Of a stretch of 47,721 bases of DNA, positions 9,319 to 18,754 are shown in pieces (the stretch's first letter is position 1; the number at the start of each line of letters is the position of its first letter). The notes beneath the pieces are model-generated. The model was not told the DNA's origin and did no database searches. It was given only the letters and a program-made list of their open reading frames with translations. The stretch is from contig JBFGZE010000016.1 of NCBI GenBank assembly GCA_041586955.1, forward strand, positions 1 to 47,721, read 5' to 3'. This DNA comes from Bacteriovoracaceae bacterium (lineage in GTDB: Bacteria; Bdellovibrionota; Bacteriovoracia; Bacteriovoracales; Bacteriovoracaceae). The translations under genes were made by a program, and so were the position numbers.

Positions 9319-11040
9319 ATGCAAATACGAAAGGCAATAAAATTTATTCTCTTTTTTGCCTTTATCCCCAATATTCATGGCGAGGAGGTTAGTGAGGTTC
9401 AAAACATTCTTAAGCGTAATTCTTGTCTTTTATGCCATGGCAGTGGCTCCGCTTCGGGCGATTTTGAATCTTTAAATACCGATGAGAAATGGCGCAATAG
9501 TGGCTATATTACTGTTGGCAATAGTAGCGGATCTTATTTTATTGGCCGTCTTAAAAATGCTGGTGGTAATATGCCTATTAATGGGCCGGCCATTTCGAGT
9601 AATGATTTTAATTATCTCAAAGCTTATATTGATAATATGCCTAAAGAGGAAAGTGAGAAAGGGCGGGACCCAGGAAGTGTTAGTGAGTTAATCGACTTAG
9701 GAAGTGACCCTCATTCCCCGGCAGGTCAAATAACCATTTTTCGTCGCTGCTATTCCCAGTTTACCCGCTCTGCTCTCATGCCCGATCATCCAACTATTTC
9801 TAAAATTGAAAAGAAAGAAGTGACCGCCACGCAGGCGTGCCTATCTCTACTTGGTAAGGCCAATTTAAAAGGAGAAAATCAAGAAGTTTCTAATGATAAA
9901 GAGGCCCAACAGATTATTCAAACCTTTCATGATTTTCATAGTACTTGGTTTCCTGAGAGAAACCTCGAAAAAAATACCGGTAGTCGACTTACAAATTCTA
10001 TTTTTGATGAATCCTCTGCTGCCCTTTATTTCACTCAAAATCTTTTTTCTGAAGGCATTTTTAAGAGCGTTTTTAGTGGGACAACGACCATGAAAGCTCA
10101 AAGACTAAAAGATGGTTCTCGGGTCTATTATAAAGCAGATAAGGCCCAGATTGCTCAAGGTAATACTATTGAGCGAATTCAAGTAGGTGAGCTAGTTGGT
10201 GTCATCGCCAAGAAAAACTATGTCTTTAATAAAGTAAAAAGTCTGACCAATAGTGATATTGTCAATAACCCTCAAGACATCTTTAAAAGTTTTGGCGGTG
10301 GGGTTCTTGGGGACCCTGGCAATATTTTAATGAGCGCTGATTTGCCTATTAAAAGAAATAGTGATGGCGGTCGAGTTGTCTCACGAAGCCTTTCCAAAAG
10401 TCTTTTTCGCCAATTTTATTGCCGGGATTTACCCTTACTTAGACAAGGAGATGAATCTCCTTACGTTCACCCAACAATGTCGAGTTCTCTCCCATTTCGT
10501 AATGGTCATTCGTGTATGCGCTGCCACTCTAGTATCGATCCTCTCGCTCGAGGTTATCGCAATTTGCGTGTGAATTCGACCGAAGGGGAGGCCAAGCAGG
10601 AAGGTAGCAATTTACAGATTCGTTATGTTCATCAATTTAAAGCAACAATGCCAAAAGAGGATCCTTATGCTTGGCCAGAAAAAGATCGGGACTTTTACAA
10701 ACGACCTGCTACTGGTCGGCTCTATATGAGATCATTTGATGGAACTTTAGTGGATGAGGAATTTGAGGGACTCGAAGATTTAGGGCGAGTGATGTCGGAA
10801 ATGGATGATGTCTATGCTTGTACTGCCTCACGCTATTACCATTTCCTAACAGGCGTTAAGGTAAGGCTTGATGATTTAGGCAATAGCGAAGCTCCCACCT
10901 TAAGTGCTAAAGAGCTTGAGTACCGAAATTATGTGATACAATTAGGCAGAGATCTTAAAAAACATCAAAGTCTCAAAGAATTGATAAAGCAAATTATCAA
11001 CTCCAATGGTTATTATCGACCGGGGTTGGGGGTTAAGTAG
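9319..11040 (+). CDS. Diheme c-type cytochrome with planctomycete-cytochrome/DUF1588-DUF1585-like modules
   Basis: Signal peptide; CLLCH in an N-terminal cytochrome c domain (GG.MP); second CMRCHSSIDPLA motif; C-terminal ACTASRYYHFLTG and LKELIKQIINS segments. Confidence 0.75.
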   Translation: MQIRKAIKFILFFAFIPNIHGEEVSEVQNILKRNSCLLCHGSGSASGDFESLNTDEKWRNSGYITVGNSSGSYFIGRLKNAGGNMPINGPAISSNDFNYLKAYIDNMPKEESEKGRDPGSVSELIDLGSDPHSPAGQITIFRRCYSQFTRSALMPDHPTISKIEKKEVTATQACLSLLGKANLKGENQEVSNDKEAQQIIQTFHDFHSTWFPERNLEKNTGSRLTNSIFDESSAALYFTQNLFSEGIFKSVFSGTTTMKAQRLKDGSRVYYKADKAQIAQGNTIERIQVGELVGVIAKKNYVFNKVKSLTNSDIVNNPQDIFKSFGGGVLGDPGNILMSADLPIKRNSDGGRVVSRSLSKSLFRQFYCRDLPLLRQGDESPYVHPTMSSSLPFRNGHSCMRCHSSIDPLARGYRNLRVNSTEGEAKQEGSNLQIRYVHQFKATMPKEDPYAWPEKDRDFYKRPATGRLYMRSFDGTLVDEEFEGLEDLGRVMSEMDDVYACTASRYYHFLTGVKVRLDDLGNSEAPTLSAKELEYRNYVIQLGRDLKKHQSLKELIKQIINSNGYYRPGLGVK

Positions 11041-12677
11041 TGAAAAAAGTTAGCCGTCGTCAATTATTATCTTTTATGAGTCTCTCACCCATGGCGCTTT
11101 CCCAGTATGGCCCTATTGGTATTTTACTCAGTTCATTTTTAAATAACACCTACGCTCAGGCGATGGGGGCAGAGTTTCCAACCACTTTAGTGGATATTTA
11201 TATGACTGGAGGTCCCCCTCGTTGGCTTTTTGATCTTCCTCTTAATCCCAATGGTAATGATCCCTTTGTTCAAAATAAAACAGCGATCACCTTCTTTAAT
11301 GAGGCCACCAAGATGGGAGAGTATCAACATATTAAGAAGGGACAATTTTATATGCCTCGCCTATGGGACGCTCCCATTCCTACCTCCGATGGAAAAACGG
11401 TACGTATGGATAATTTCCTGAACCATATGCTGATGATTCGTGGGGTGAATACTGGTAGTGATGGCCATGAACTGAATGCTGATCGAGAGTATCAGCCGGT
11501 GGCAGGGTCACTCACTCTGTCTGGCCTTTTAGCAGATGCCTCACTCCGACCAATTCCGGCCACTACCATGAGAAACACGCCTTATCTTTCTGGAACAGGC
11601 CTAGGGAGATCTGTTATTGGTGGTAGTAACCCAATTGTTCGCCTACTTGATCCCTTTAATTCAACAGGTAATTTTTCATTTAATGGTAGCGCCAGTGAAA
11701 AGCTTATTGATCAGGCCTTGCAGATCTTAGAGAGCTCAGTGGATGCACGAGAAATTAAATATAAATCAGTTTTTCGGGATCGTCTAAAGGCCAAACAAAT
11801 GTTTCGGCGCCAATTTGGGAATCTTAGTGATGTTTATAATCAACTGAAAAATAAATATGAAAAGCTCATGAAAGACACCTTAACGGATTCTCGATTTGAC
11901 ATTGGTGCCGGCGTTGACCTAGGTGACTTTCTCACTAAGGGGCGCTTGGGGGGAGTTACACCTGAGTATTATAATTTGGGAGGTGTCAAATTGGTGAGCG
12001 ATGATGACCATGCTCTTCCCGATGGGTTTAACCTCAAGGCGGCCCTTAATTCTGGGACTTATGTTAATCATTTGGTTACGAGTTTTGCTACGACTGAGTT
12101 TATTCTCAAGGAAAAGCTCTCTAATGCCGTATCGATTGGGCTTAGTGACCTCCGTAATATTAATATTGATGCCCAATTTAATGGAGGGAAAAGTCGCTTT
12201 TATAGGGTGAGCAATGATGCCCATGAAACTGGAGCGATATCAACGTTGCTTTATTTTAGTAAGTACTATCAATCAATCGGGAGCTGTCTCAATGAATTAG
12301 TCAATGTCCTCAAAGCGCAAAACATGTTTCAAGATACTGTTCTTAGAATTCATGGCGATTTTAATCGTAACGCCAGGGACGATGGTTCGGGATCTGATCA
12401 TGGTTGGAGAGGATCATGTAATTCCTTCATTAGCGGTAAAATAAATGAAACTATGATCGTTGGGAATTGCAAGGCCACGTCAGGTGGGCGTCATAAAGCT
12501 AGTTGGGGGGAAGGTGCCCCTGTCGCAGAATTAAATAATCGTGAAGTCAGTACAGGCAACGTCGTTGCCACGGCCGCGACCCTTTTAGGTATCAAAAATC
12601 CTGTGCAAAATTCACAAAGTCTCCTCTCCAACGATGGAGGTGTGATAAAAGCGAACGTGGGAACTAAAAATGTTTAA
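11040..12677 (+). CDS. Tat-exported DUF1501-like protein
   Basis: SRRQLL twin-arginine signal; MTGGP, DAHE, GDFNR and GSDHGW motifs resembling DUF1501 (GG.D, DTH, SEFGR, GTDHG); GTG overlaps the upstream TAG. Confidence 0.75.
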   Translation: MKKVSRRQLLSFMSLSPMALSQYGPIGILLSSFLNNTYAQAMGAEFPTTLVDIYMTGGPPRWLFDLPLNPNGNDPFVQNKTAITFFNEATKMGEYQHIKKGQFYMPRLWDAPIPTSDGKTVRMDNFLNHMLMIRGVNTGSDGHELNADREYQPVAGSLTLSGLLADASLRPIPATTMRNTPYLSGTGLGRSVIGGSNPIVRLLDPFNSTGNFSFNGSASEKLIDQALQILESSVDAREIKYKSVFRDRLKAKQMFRRQFGNLSDVYNQLKNKYEKLMKDTLTDSRFDIGAGVDLGDFLTKGRLGGVTPEYYNLGGVKLVSDDDHALPDGFNLKAALNSGTYVNHLVTSFATTEFILKEKLSNAVSIGLSDLRNINIDAQFNGGKSRFYRVSNDAHETGAISTLLYFSKYYQSIGSCLNELVNVLKAQNMFQDTVLRIHGDFNRNARDDGSGSDHGWRGSCNSFISGKINETMIVGNCKATSGGRHKASWGEGAPVAELNNREVSTGNVVATAATLLGIKNPVQNSQSLLSNDGGVIKANVGTKNV

Positions 12678-13332
12678 GTGTATTGTTCTTTGTCTACTTT
12701 TATTGGCCAGTTGTGTTCCTGAAGAGGCGACAGATCGAAAACTTAGATTTGAAGATCTAGATAGTGAGGCCAAGGAGGGAACAGAAAAGTCTCGGCGAGC
12801 AACTTCTTTTCCTCAGCGTAGTGCTAATGGCCAAAAAGAGGGAGCCTTTCTTGGTGTGGGGGCCTTGGATATTCGCCACGGTGACCGGTTTTATATTGCC
12901 AATATGGTTACTAGTATATTTGGTTCAGATGCTGAATCCACGGCCCGAGATCTAATCCGTAATAAATCAAGTTTGTTCGGAGGTATCTGTGATCGCTACC
13001 GGGATTCTGGTTGCGATGCGAAGGATAGTAATACTGTTTTTAGCTACTCAAATACGGCCAGGGCCGGGATGATGACAAAAGTCTGTGAAACCCTAGTAAG
13101 ACGAAATGGTTCACTTGACTTTAGCTTAAGGCGTAATGGGTTGACTCGAACAGCAGAGATAACAGCTGACAATATTAATAGACAATATAGACTTTTTTAC
13201 CCGAAGAGAAAGGCACCCGAGGCCTTCGTTAATAAATTGATGGAGGCAAGTACGGTCATCGACCGCACTGATGACCGATGGCGCGTTGTCACTTTGGCCA
13301 TTTGTCTATCCCCAGGTTGGCTCATTCCCTAG
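12670..13332 (+). CDS. Lipoprotein, third gene of the heme/DUF1501 operon
   Basis: LLASC lipobox; overlaps the upstream stop; C-terminal W.....AICLSP.W segment. Confidence 0.75.
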   Translation: MFKCIVLCLLLLASCVPEEATDRKLRFEDLDSEAKEGTEKSRRATSFPQRSANGQKEGAFLGVGALDIRHGDRFYIANMVTSIFGSDAESTARDLIRNKSSLFGGICDRYRDSGCDAKDSNTVFSYSNTARAGMMTKVCETLVRRNGSLDFSLRRNGLTRTAEITADNINRQYRLFYPKRKAPEAFVNKLMEASTVIDRTDDRWRVVTLAICLSPGWLIP

Positions 13333-13826
13333 TACTTACTTAAAAAGGTTCTTCCTTTTAGCTCAGCGTAGTATTCAGGATCCTGGTAAATGGCATAGGG
13401 CTCCGGATTTTTGATCCATTTTTCTAATTGATGCAAGCAATTTTCCCATAAAAGAATATGCCTTTCTCTTAGTTCAAATGTTGGGAAATTATTATGTATG
13501 ATTTGAACCTCGGTGTGCTGATTATCTATAGCATTAAAAAAGAGGGTAACTTCCGTGTTTTCGACGATTCCTGAACCCCAGGTAAATTTCAATTTAGAAG
13601 GAGGTTCAATCTCTTTAAAAGTACCATCATGAGTGAAGGTATTTCCAATTTCGGTAACCATGGTGATATCGTATCGACCGCCCACTTTGAAATCGACATG
13701 TGCCTCTGTGGTCCAATAGGTATCTTCCCTGAACCACTTTACAAGATATTTTGGTTCGACAAAATATTCAAATAATTTTTCCGGAGTTTCCTTAAAAAGA
13801 TAAGTGATCGCTAGATTTTCTGACAT
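13329..13826 (-). CDS. SRPBCC/AHA1 (START-like) domain protein
   Basis: D.KVGGRY, G.F.EI.PP.KL.FTW, TEVTL.F and H...W..CL..L pattern; GGGGGA RBS. Confidence 0.9.
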   Translation of the reverse strand: MSENLAITYLFKETPEKLFEYFVEPKYLVKWFREDTYWTTEAHVDFKVGGRYDITMVTEIGNTFTHDGTFKEIEPPSKLKFTWGSGIVENTEVTLFFNAIDNQHTEVQIIHNNFPTFELRERHILLWENCLHQLEKWIKNPEPYAIYQDPEYYAELKGRTFLSKY

Positions 13827-14068
13827 AGACAATCCCCCTGGTTTGATTGTTTATGCGGTGGGATTATAGCACTTACTCAAAAATCTAGGTAATTAGATTT
13901 GCAGTAACCAACAAGAGTAAATTCCCATAGTATTGGCCAAGGGTTTTTGTCGCGACAAAGAAATAGAGAAAACTGGCATTTTTTTTCCATAAATTATAAT
14001 GTAACCGCGGCATAGTGGAATTAAGTCAATCATATCGGTCAATAATATGCTTTATTAGGAGTTCCTTT

Positions 14069-15307
14069 ATGAGTGATCTATACCTATCTAACGGAGTCGA
14101 ACAATTTATTATTGATTCTTGTAAAAGAAATAATTTTGATGATGATGAGACCGAGCTTTTGTTAAGACCGAGTCGACAAATACAAGTAGAGTTACCGATT
14201 AGACTTGATAGTGGAAAAATAAGAGTCTTTAGTGGATATAGAGTTCAGCACCATAATGCGAGAGGGCCTTACAAAGGGGGATTGCGCTATCATCCGACAG
14301 TCAATAGGGACGAGTTCACTTCCTTGGCCTGTTTAATGTCTTTAAAAACAGCATTGGTTGATATTCCTTTGGGCGGTGCTAAAGGAGGGATCAATTGTGA
14401 TCCTAAATTATTATCTGACTACGAATTAGAGAAGTTGACACGAAAATTTACGGAGAAAATTCACCAAAATATAGGGCCGAATAGGGATATTCCGGCCCCT
14501 GATATTGGTACAAATTCTAAAGTCATGTCGTGGATTTATGATGAATATTCTAAAATTTATGGAATAAGCTTTGCGGTGGTCACAGGAAAGCCACTGTGGT
14601 TGCAAGGTTCCTGTGGAAGAGAAGAGGCGACAGGTTATGGTGTTGCTCATATTGTGGAGAGTTACCTGAATTTCAAAAAAATAAAAGGCCCTGTCAATAT
14701 TGTGATCCAAGGATTTGGAAATGTTGGCAGCTATACATTTAAGTATTTACAACGAAAAGGTCATCGTATTGTAGGTATTTCTACTTCTATCGGTGGTATT
14801 TCTAATCCTTTGGGACTTAATTTTACTGATCTCCATCAATACTATGCGGAAAAAGGATCACTTTTAGGAAACGGATTTGGAACTGAGGTTTCTGCAGATG
14901 AAACGTTAACTCTCGATTGTGATATCTTAATTCCTGCGGCCTTAGGGGGGGTGATTAATGAAGATAATGCTGAGTTTATTAAAGCTGATCACATCGTTGA
15001 AGCGGCGAATGGACCGATAACATATAAGGCCAATAATTATCTACTTGAAAGAGGTAAAACGGTATTACCTGATATCTTAGTTAATTCCGGGGGAGTTATT
15101 GTTTCCTATTTTGAATGGGTTCAAAATCTCCAAAATTATAGATGGAGTAAGGGAGAAGTCCTTAAAAAGTTAGAAGATATACTGAACATTACTTTTCACA
15201 AGGTGATGCAATCCTCTCTCGATAATAAAATATGCCCTCGAGATTCATGTTACAAATTGGCAATTGAGAGATTAAGCGAGGCATATTTGGGAACAGAGTT
15301 TTTATAA
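14069..15307 (+). CDS. gdhA: Glutamate dehydrogenase (Glu/Leu/Phe/Val family)
   Basis: RGPYKGGLRYHP, GGAKGG, DIPAPD, GFGNVG, EAANGP, GGVIVSYFEW; AGGAG RBS before ATG 14069. Confidence 0.95.
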   Translation: MSDLYLSNGVEQFIIDSCKRNNFDDDETELLLRPSRQIQVELPIRLDSGKIRVFSGYRVQHHNARGPYKGGLRYHPTVNRDEFTSLACLMSLKTALVDIPLGGAKGGINCDPKLLSDYELEKLTRKFTEKIHQNIGPNRDIPAPDIGTNSKVMSWIYDEYSKIYGISFAVVTGKPLWLQGSCGREEATGYGVAHIVESYLNFKKIKGPVNIVIQGFGNVGSYTFKYLQRKGHRIVGISTSIGGISNPLGLNFTDLHQYYAEKGSLLGNGFGTEVSADETLTLDCDILIPAALGGVINEDNAEFIKADHIVEAANGPITYKANNYLLERGKTVLPDILVNSGGVIVSYFEWVQNLQNYRWSKGEVLKKLEDILNITFHKVMQSSLDNKICPRDSCYKLAIERLSEAYLGTEFL

Positions 15308-15312
15308 ATGAG

Positions 15313-15333
15313 GGCCATCCCCATAGGATGGCC
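15313..15333. terminator. Hairpin between convergent genes, possible terminator
   Basis: GGCCATCC-ccata-GGATGGCC; weak U-tract. Confidence 0.5.
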
Positions 15334-15354
15334 AATTGTTTTAACACTAAAAAT

Positions 15355-16029
15355 TTAGTTGGGACGAAGGGGGGAATTGCCGTAAATATAGGATGGTTGG
15401 GACGGCCTTGATGGTTGAGTACCATAATAACCGCTACTCGTCGCTTGTTGCCCTGCTATTGGTTTGGAGCGGTAGATGATGATAGGTGTTCCCACCTCAA
15501 TCAGCTCAAAAATTTCATCCATTTCATCCTGACTAACAGCAATACAACCCCGAGTCCAATCAAAGAACGGGTAGAAGTATTTTTTCGCCCAGGCATCGAC
15601 ACTCTCTTCACCAATCCCAAATTTCTTCGCAAAATGAATAACCGATGGCGCAGGCCTCGTTCGGGGTCCATGAATCAGAATATTATTGCCTAATTTGCGT
15701 TTGGAAAGGCCATTTTCTTTACCCCATTCAATATCTTTTTTATTGGGGTAATTGAGTAGAAGAGATTTCGTATAATTGGTATTTCGGCGTTTTTTGATGA
15801 TTTTATAATGGCCCTCAGGAGTCCTCTTATCGCCTTTAAGCCGCTTTTTCCCCATTTTATGAATTGGACTATTGAGTAGTATGGAGAGACGGATATTATA
15901 GCTTTTGACGATCTTGTCGCCCTCGTAGAAGTTCATTTCTCTTTGCTTTTTGTAAACGACGATTTTATCGACTTGGGCATAACTTATTGAGCTGAGAGTC
16001 AATAATAGGCCAATCGTTAATTTGAACAT
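15355..16029 (-). CDS. YkuD/L,D-transpeptidase-fold protein (YafK/DpaA-Csd6-like branch)
   Basis: Signal peptide, K...GD.RTPEG.Y, ILIHG and WTRGCIA catalytic His/Cys motifs. Confidence 0.88.
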   Translation of the reverse strand: MFKLTIGLLLTLSSISYAQVDKIVVYKKQREMNFYEGDKIVKSYNIRLSILLNSPIHKMGKKRLKGDKRTPEGHYKIIKKRRNTNYTKSLLLNYPNKKDIEWGKENGLSKRKLGNNILIHGPRTRPAPSVIHFAKKFGIGEESVDAWAKKYFYPFFDWTRGCIAVSQDEMDEIFELIEVGTPIIIYRSKPIAGQQATSSGYYGTQPSRPSQPSYIYGNSPLRPN

Positions 16030-16178
16030 ATACGGGCCTCCTTAAATGGTTAGGTAATATATGTAGCAGAAAATGATTTCTGAGGCCATCTTTCAGGTAA
16101 TTAGGTAAGTATTGATTAAAGAGCTGTAAGTTATCGAAAAGTAGTGCGTATGACCGACTTATTGGCCTAAACCATATT

Positions 16179-16204
16179 GGGCCTACGTTATATTACGTAG
16201 GCCC
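16179..16204 (-). terminator. Hairpin downstream of the 714-aa lipoprotein gene
   Basis: GGGCCTACGT-tatatt-ACGTAGGCCC, 10-bp perfect stem just after the stop at 16222; no clear U-tract. Confidence 0.5.
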
Positions 16205-16221
16205 CTATTGGATCATCGGAA

Positions 16222-18366
16222 TTATAGAGCTATTTGCATTGGACTTGAACAACTACTAATTGAACTATTCCCAGCGCTATCAATTGTTGTAACAGTGAAG
16301 GAATAGGTCATTAAGTCAGCACCTGTAAAGAAATCTGAAGTGATCGATGGCGGAAGAGCAGAAGAGGTAAAGATAGGAGCTCCACCACATATTCCATCTG
16401 GGTAATAGTTAACTTCTTGGGAAACAACATCTCCTGAAACAGATAACATCCAGCTCGAATTAACCATTGTCGCATTATGGGGACTGGCCTCAATCCAAGT
16501 CAGAGCTGTTGCATCTAGAGGAGCTGATGTATCGATTGATATAGGACTTGAGCACGCAGATGCCTGTGAGTTCCCCGCTAAATCGGTACTTGTTATGACA
16601 AAGCTATAGCTCATACCATTAAGGGCCGTCGCAAGATTATGAGTGTTGACAGCAGATGAGAGACTAAAAGTGGAATCGATGGGGCCTGAGCAATTTGCCG
16701 AAGCATAATAATCAATAGTCTGTGCATTAAGATCCCCAGAAAGTGAAAGGGTCCAATTGGCATTAACACTCGTGGCGTTATAGGGAGAAGCTTCTAAAAA
16801 TGCCAATCCACTTGCTGGGGAAGGTGCTGTGACATCTCCAACGGTGGTATCGATAGCAATACCCGCTGAGCAAGCAGAAACAGTAGAATTTCCGGCCATA
16901 TCTGTAATAGATAAATTATAATAATATGTACTTCCATGAGAACCAGCGCTAAATACATGCGAATTGATACCTGGCCCATAAGTTGCGCTGGTACCTTCGG
17001 AAATGGAACATGCTGGATCAGTAAAAAATGAAATGACTTGATGACTAATATCTAAAGAAGCTGAATTGCTCCAAGTCGCAGTAAATATCGTAGTTGAGTG
17101 AGGACTTGCCTCGACAAAGCCAAGTGCTGAAGGAGCAATTGGTGCTGTCGTATCACCAGAATATGGGTCACAAAGAGTAGGGTCAGTTGAACAGGGGTCA
17201 ACGAAGCCTGCCGCAGAATCCTCAACATAAGCAATGGCCCCTCCACAATCAATTGCGGTTGGAGCGGCCGGGTCGCAAGCAGAGGGGACTGGGAACCCTC
17301 CATTCGTATCAATTGTATAATCAGTAAAATCAATAAAATCGGCCGCTGATGCACCTACAAAATTATCAACCATTGATAACTCTGGGTTACTTTGCTTAAA
17401 TTCAGCAATGACAGCAACGAGATTAGCTTCACTACCATCTACCGGAGCTAAATCAGCAATGACTGGTGCTTCCACTAATTCAGCAGAATTAAAAGTATAA
17501 TTCCCGGGAGCAGCTGGTGTTGGTGCATGGGCCAAATTTTGAAAATTGACAACAGCTGCTTCGAGTTGATCGAGCGGAGTTTCGCCAACTTTACTAATTG
17601 CAAATTGATTTGCATTTTTATCTTTAAAAGTAAGGGTTAATGAACCAACTTGGCCGTTAATTTTTCCATCAATTGCATCTGCAGCAATTAGTTCATCATA
17701 TTTTTTAAAATCAATTCCCATTTTATTAACCTGAACTGCCATACCTGCCAGCTTAAGTGCGAGGTTTCCTTTTTCGGTGGTTGGATCAAAGCCTGCGCCA
17801 TTGATATCTTCAGGCTCTAGAAGGGGATCGGCGCCATAGGCGGCCGTAAGAAACTCTTTTGATTTTACCATTTTAGTTTTAAGAGCTTGAAAATCTGTGG
17901 CATCACTACTTTCAGCTTTCATCATTTTAATTGTCTGCAAATGAGCAATTGAGGAAAGTTGGGTAATGCCTATTCCTTTAGTTTTATAGGCCTCAACATC
18001 TTCTGGTGATACGAGTGTTGTAACGGCATTGGCCTCTGAAATCGTTTTTGTTGTATTCGTGGCCTCATCAACAAAGGTTCCACCATAGGCCTTGATAATA
18101 AATGGTTCACTTCCCGTTTCAGAGACATTAATGGTATAGCTTCCATCTTGCCCAGTCGTTGCTGTTCCCAGTACCACCCCTTCGTTTCCAAGAGCGTCAA
18201 TTTTAACGGCCTTGACCGTGGCATTCTTTAATGGCCCTAATGCCGCCCGACCTGTTATTTGGCTTGTCGCTACTGTTGCGAGAGCAGCATCTTTACTTCC
18301 ACAAGAATTAAGTAGAGTCACCAAAAGTAAAGGGAGGGTGACATGGGTGATATGGATCTTCTTCAT
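16222..18366 (-). CDS. Surface lipoprotein with three C-terminal FN3/Ig-like repeats
   Basis: LLNSC lipobox; ITG.AALGPL.NATV N-terminal domain; three repeats of about 100 aa (TAP...EASP...W...C...D.AGNS..S.CS). Confidence 0.85.
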   Translation of the reverse strand: MKKIHITHVTLPLLLVTLLNSCGSKDAALATVATSQITGRAALGPLKNATVKAVKIDALGNEGVVLGTATTGQDGSYTINVSETGSEPFIIKAYGGTFVDEATNTTKTISEANAVTTLVSPEDVEAYKTKGIGITQLSSIAHLQTIKMMKAESSDATDFQALKTKMVKSKEFLTAAYGADPLLEPEDINGAGFDPTTEKGNLALKLAGMAVQVNKMGIDFKKYDELIAADAIDGKINGQVGSLTLTFKDKNANQFAISKVGETPLDQLEAAVVNFQNLAHAPTPAAPGNYTFNSAELVEAPVIADLAPVDGSEANLVAVIAEFKQSNPELSMVDNFVGASAADFIDFTDYTIDTNGGFPVPSACDPAAPTAIDCGGAIAYVEDSAAGFVDPCSTDPTLCDPYSGDTTAPIAPSALGFVEASPHSTTIFTATWSNSASLDISHQVISFFTDPACSISEGTSATYGPGINSHVFSAGSHGSTYYYNLSITDMAGNSTVSACSAGIAIDTTVGDVTAPSPASGLAFLEASPYNATSVNANWTLSLSGDLNAQTIDYYASANCSGPIDSTFSLSSAVNTHNLATALNGMSYSFVITSTDLAGNSQASACSSPISIDTSAPLDATALTWIEASPHNATMVNSSWMLSVSGDVVSQEVNYYPDGICGGAPIFTSSALPPSITSDFFTGADLMTYSFTVTTIDSAGNSSISSCSSPMQIAL

Positions 18367-18754
18367 TCTAAGCTCCTTTAAATATAAGCACCAAAAAAAT
18401 TAATTATTTTTAAAAAAATAATGATTTTTACACACGTTTTTTTGTATTTAATGAAGTGTAAACTAAAACTATGTATTTTTTAAATTAATGGCCAAGGGCC
18501 TAGAATAATAAGGTTACCCTATGATTTGAGTCGTAGTTTTTACTGCCTTTATGGCAAATTAAATTGGCACCTGGTTGCTAGAGATGAATTCGTTAACTTT
18601 AATCGATTACCCTTCGTTCCTACCTTCATAAGTCTTAAACTTCTTAGAACAATGAATAACAAATTGGCCGGCGAAGTATGAGGCCTATCAATCAGAATTC
18701 TGTCCGAAAATTGATTGTTTACTTTTTAATGATGTGCGCCTGAGTGGTTAAGGT

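Noticed and set aside
18403..18422. AT-only inverted repeat upstream of the 714-aa lipoprotein
   Set aside because: Low complexity; expected by chance in AT-rich intergenic DNA.
18565..18579. Sigma-54-like TGGCAC...TTGC
   Set aside because: GG to GC spacing is 9, not the required 10, and no gene starts downstream on that strand.
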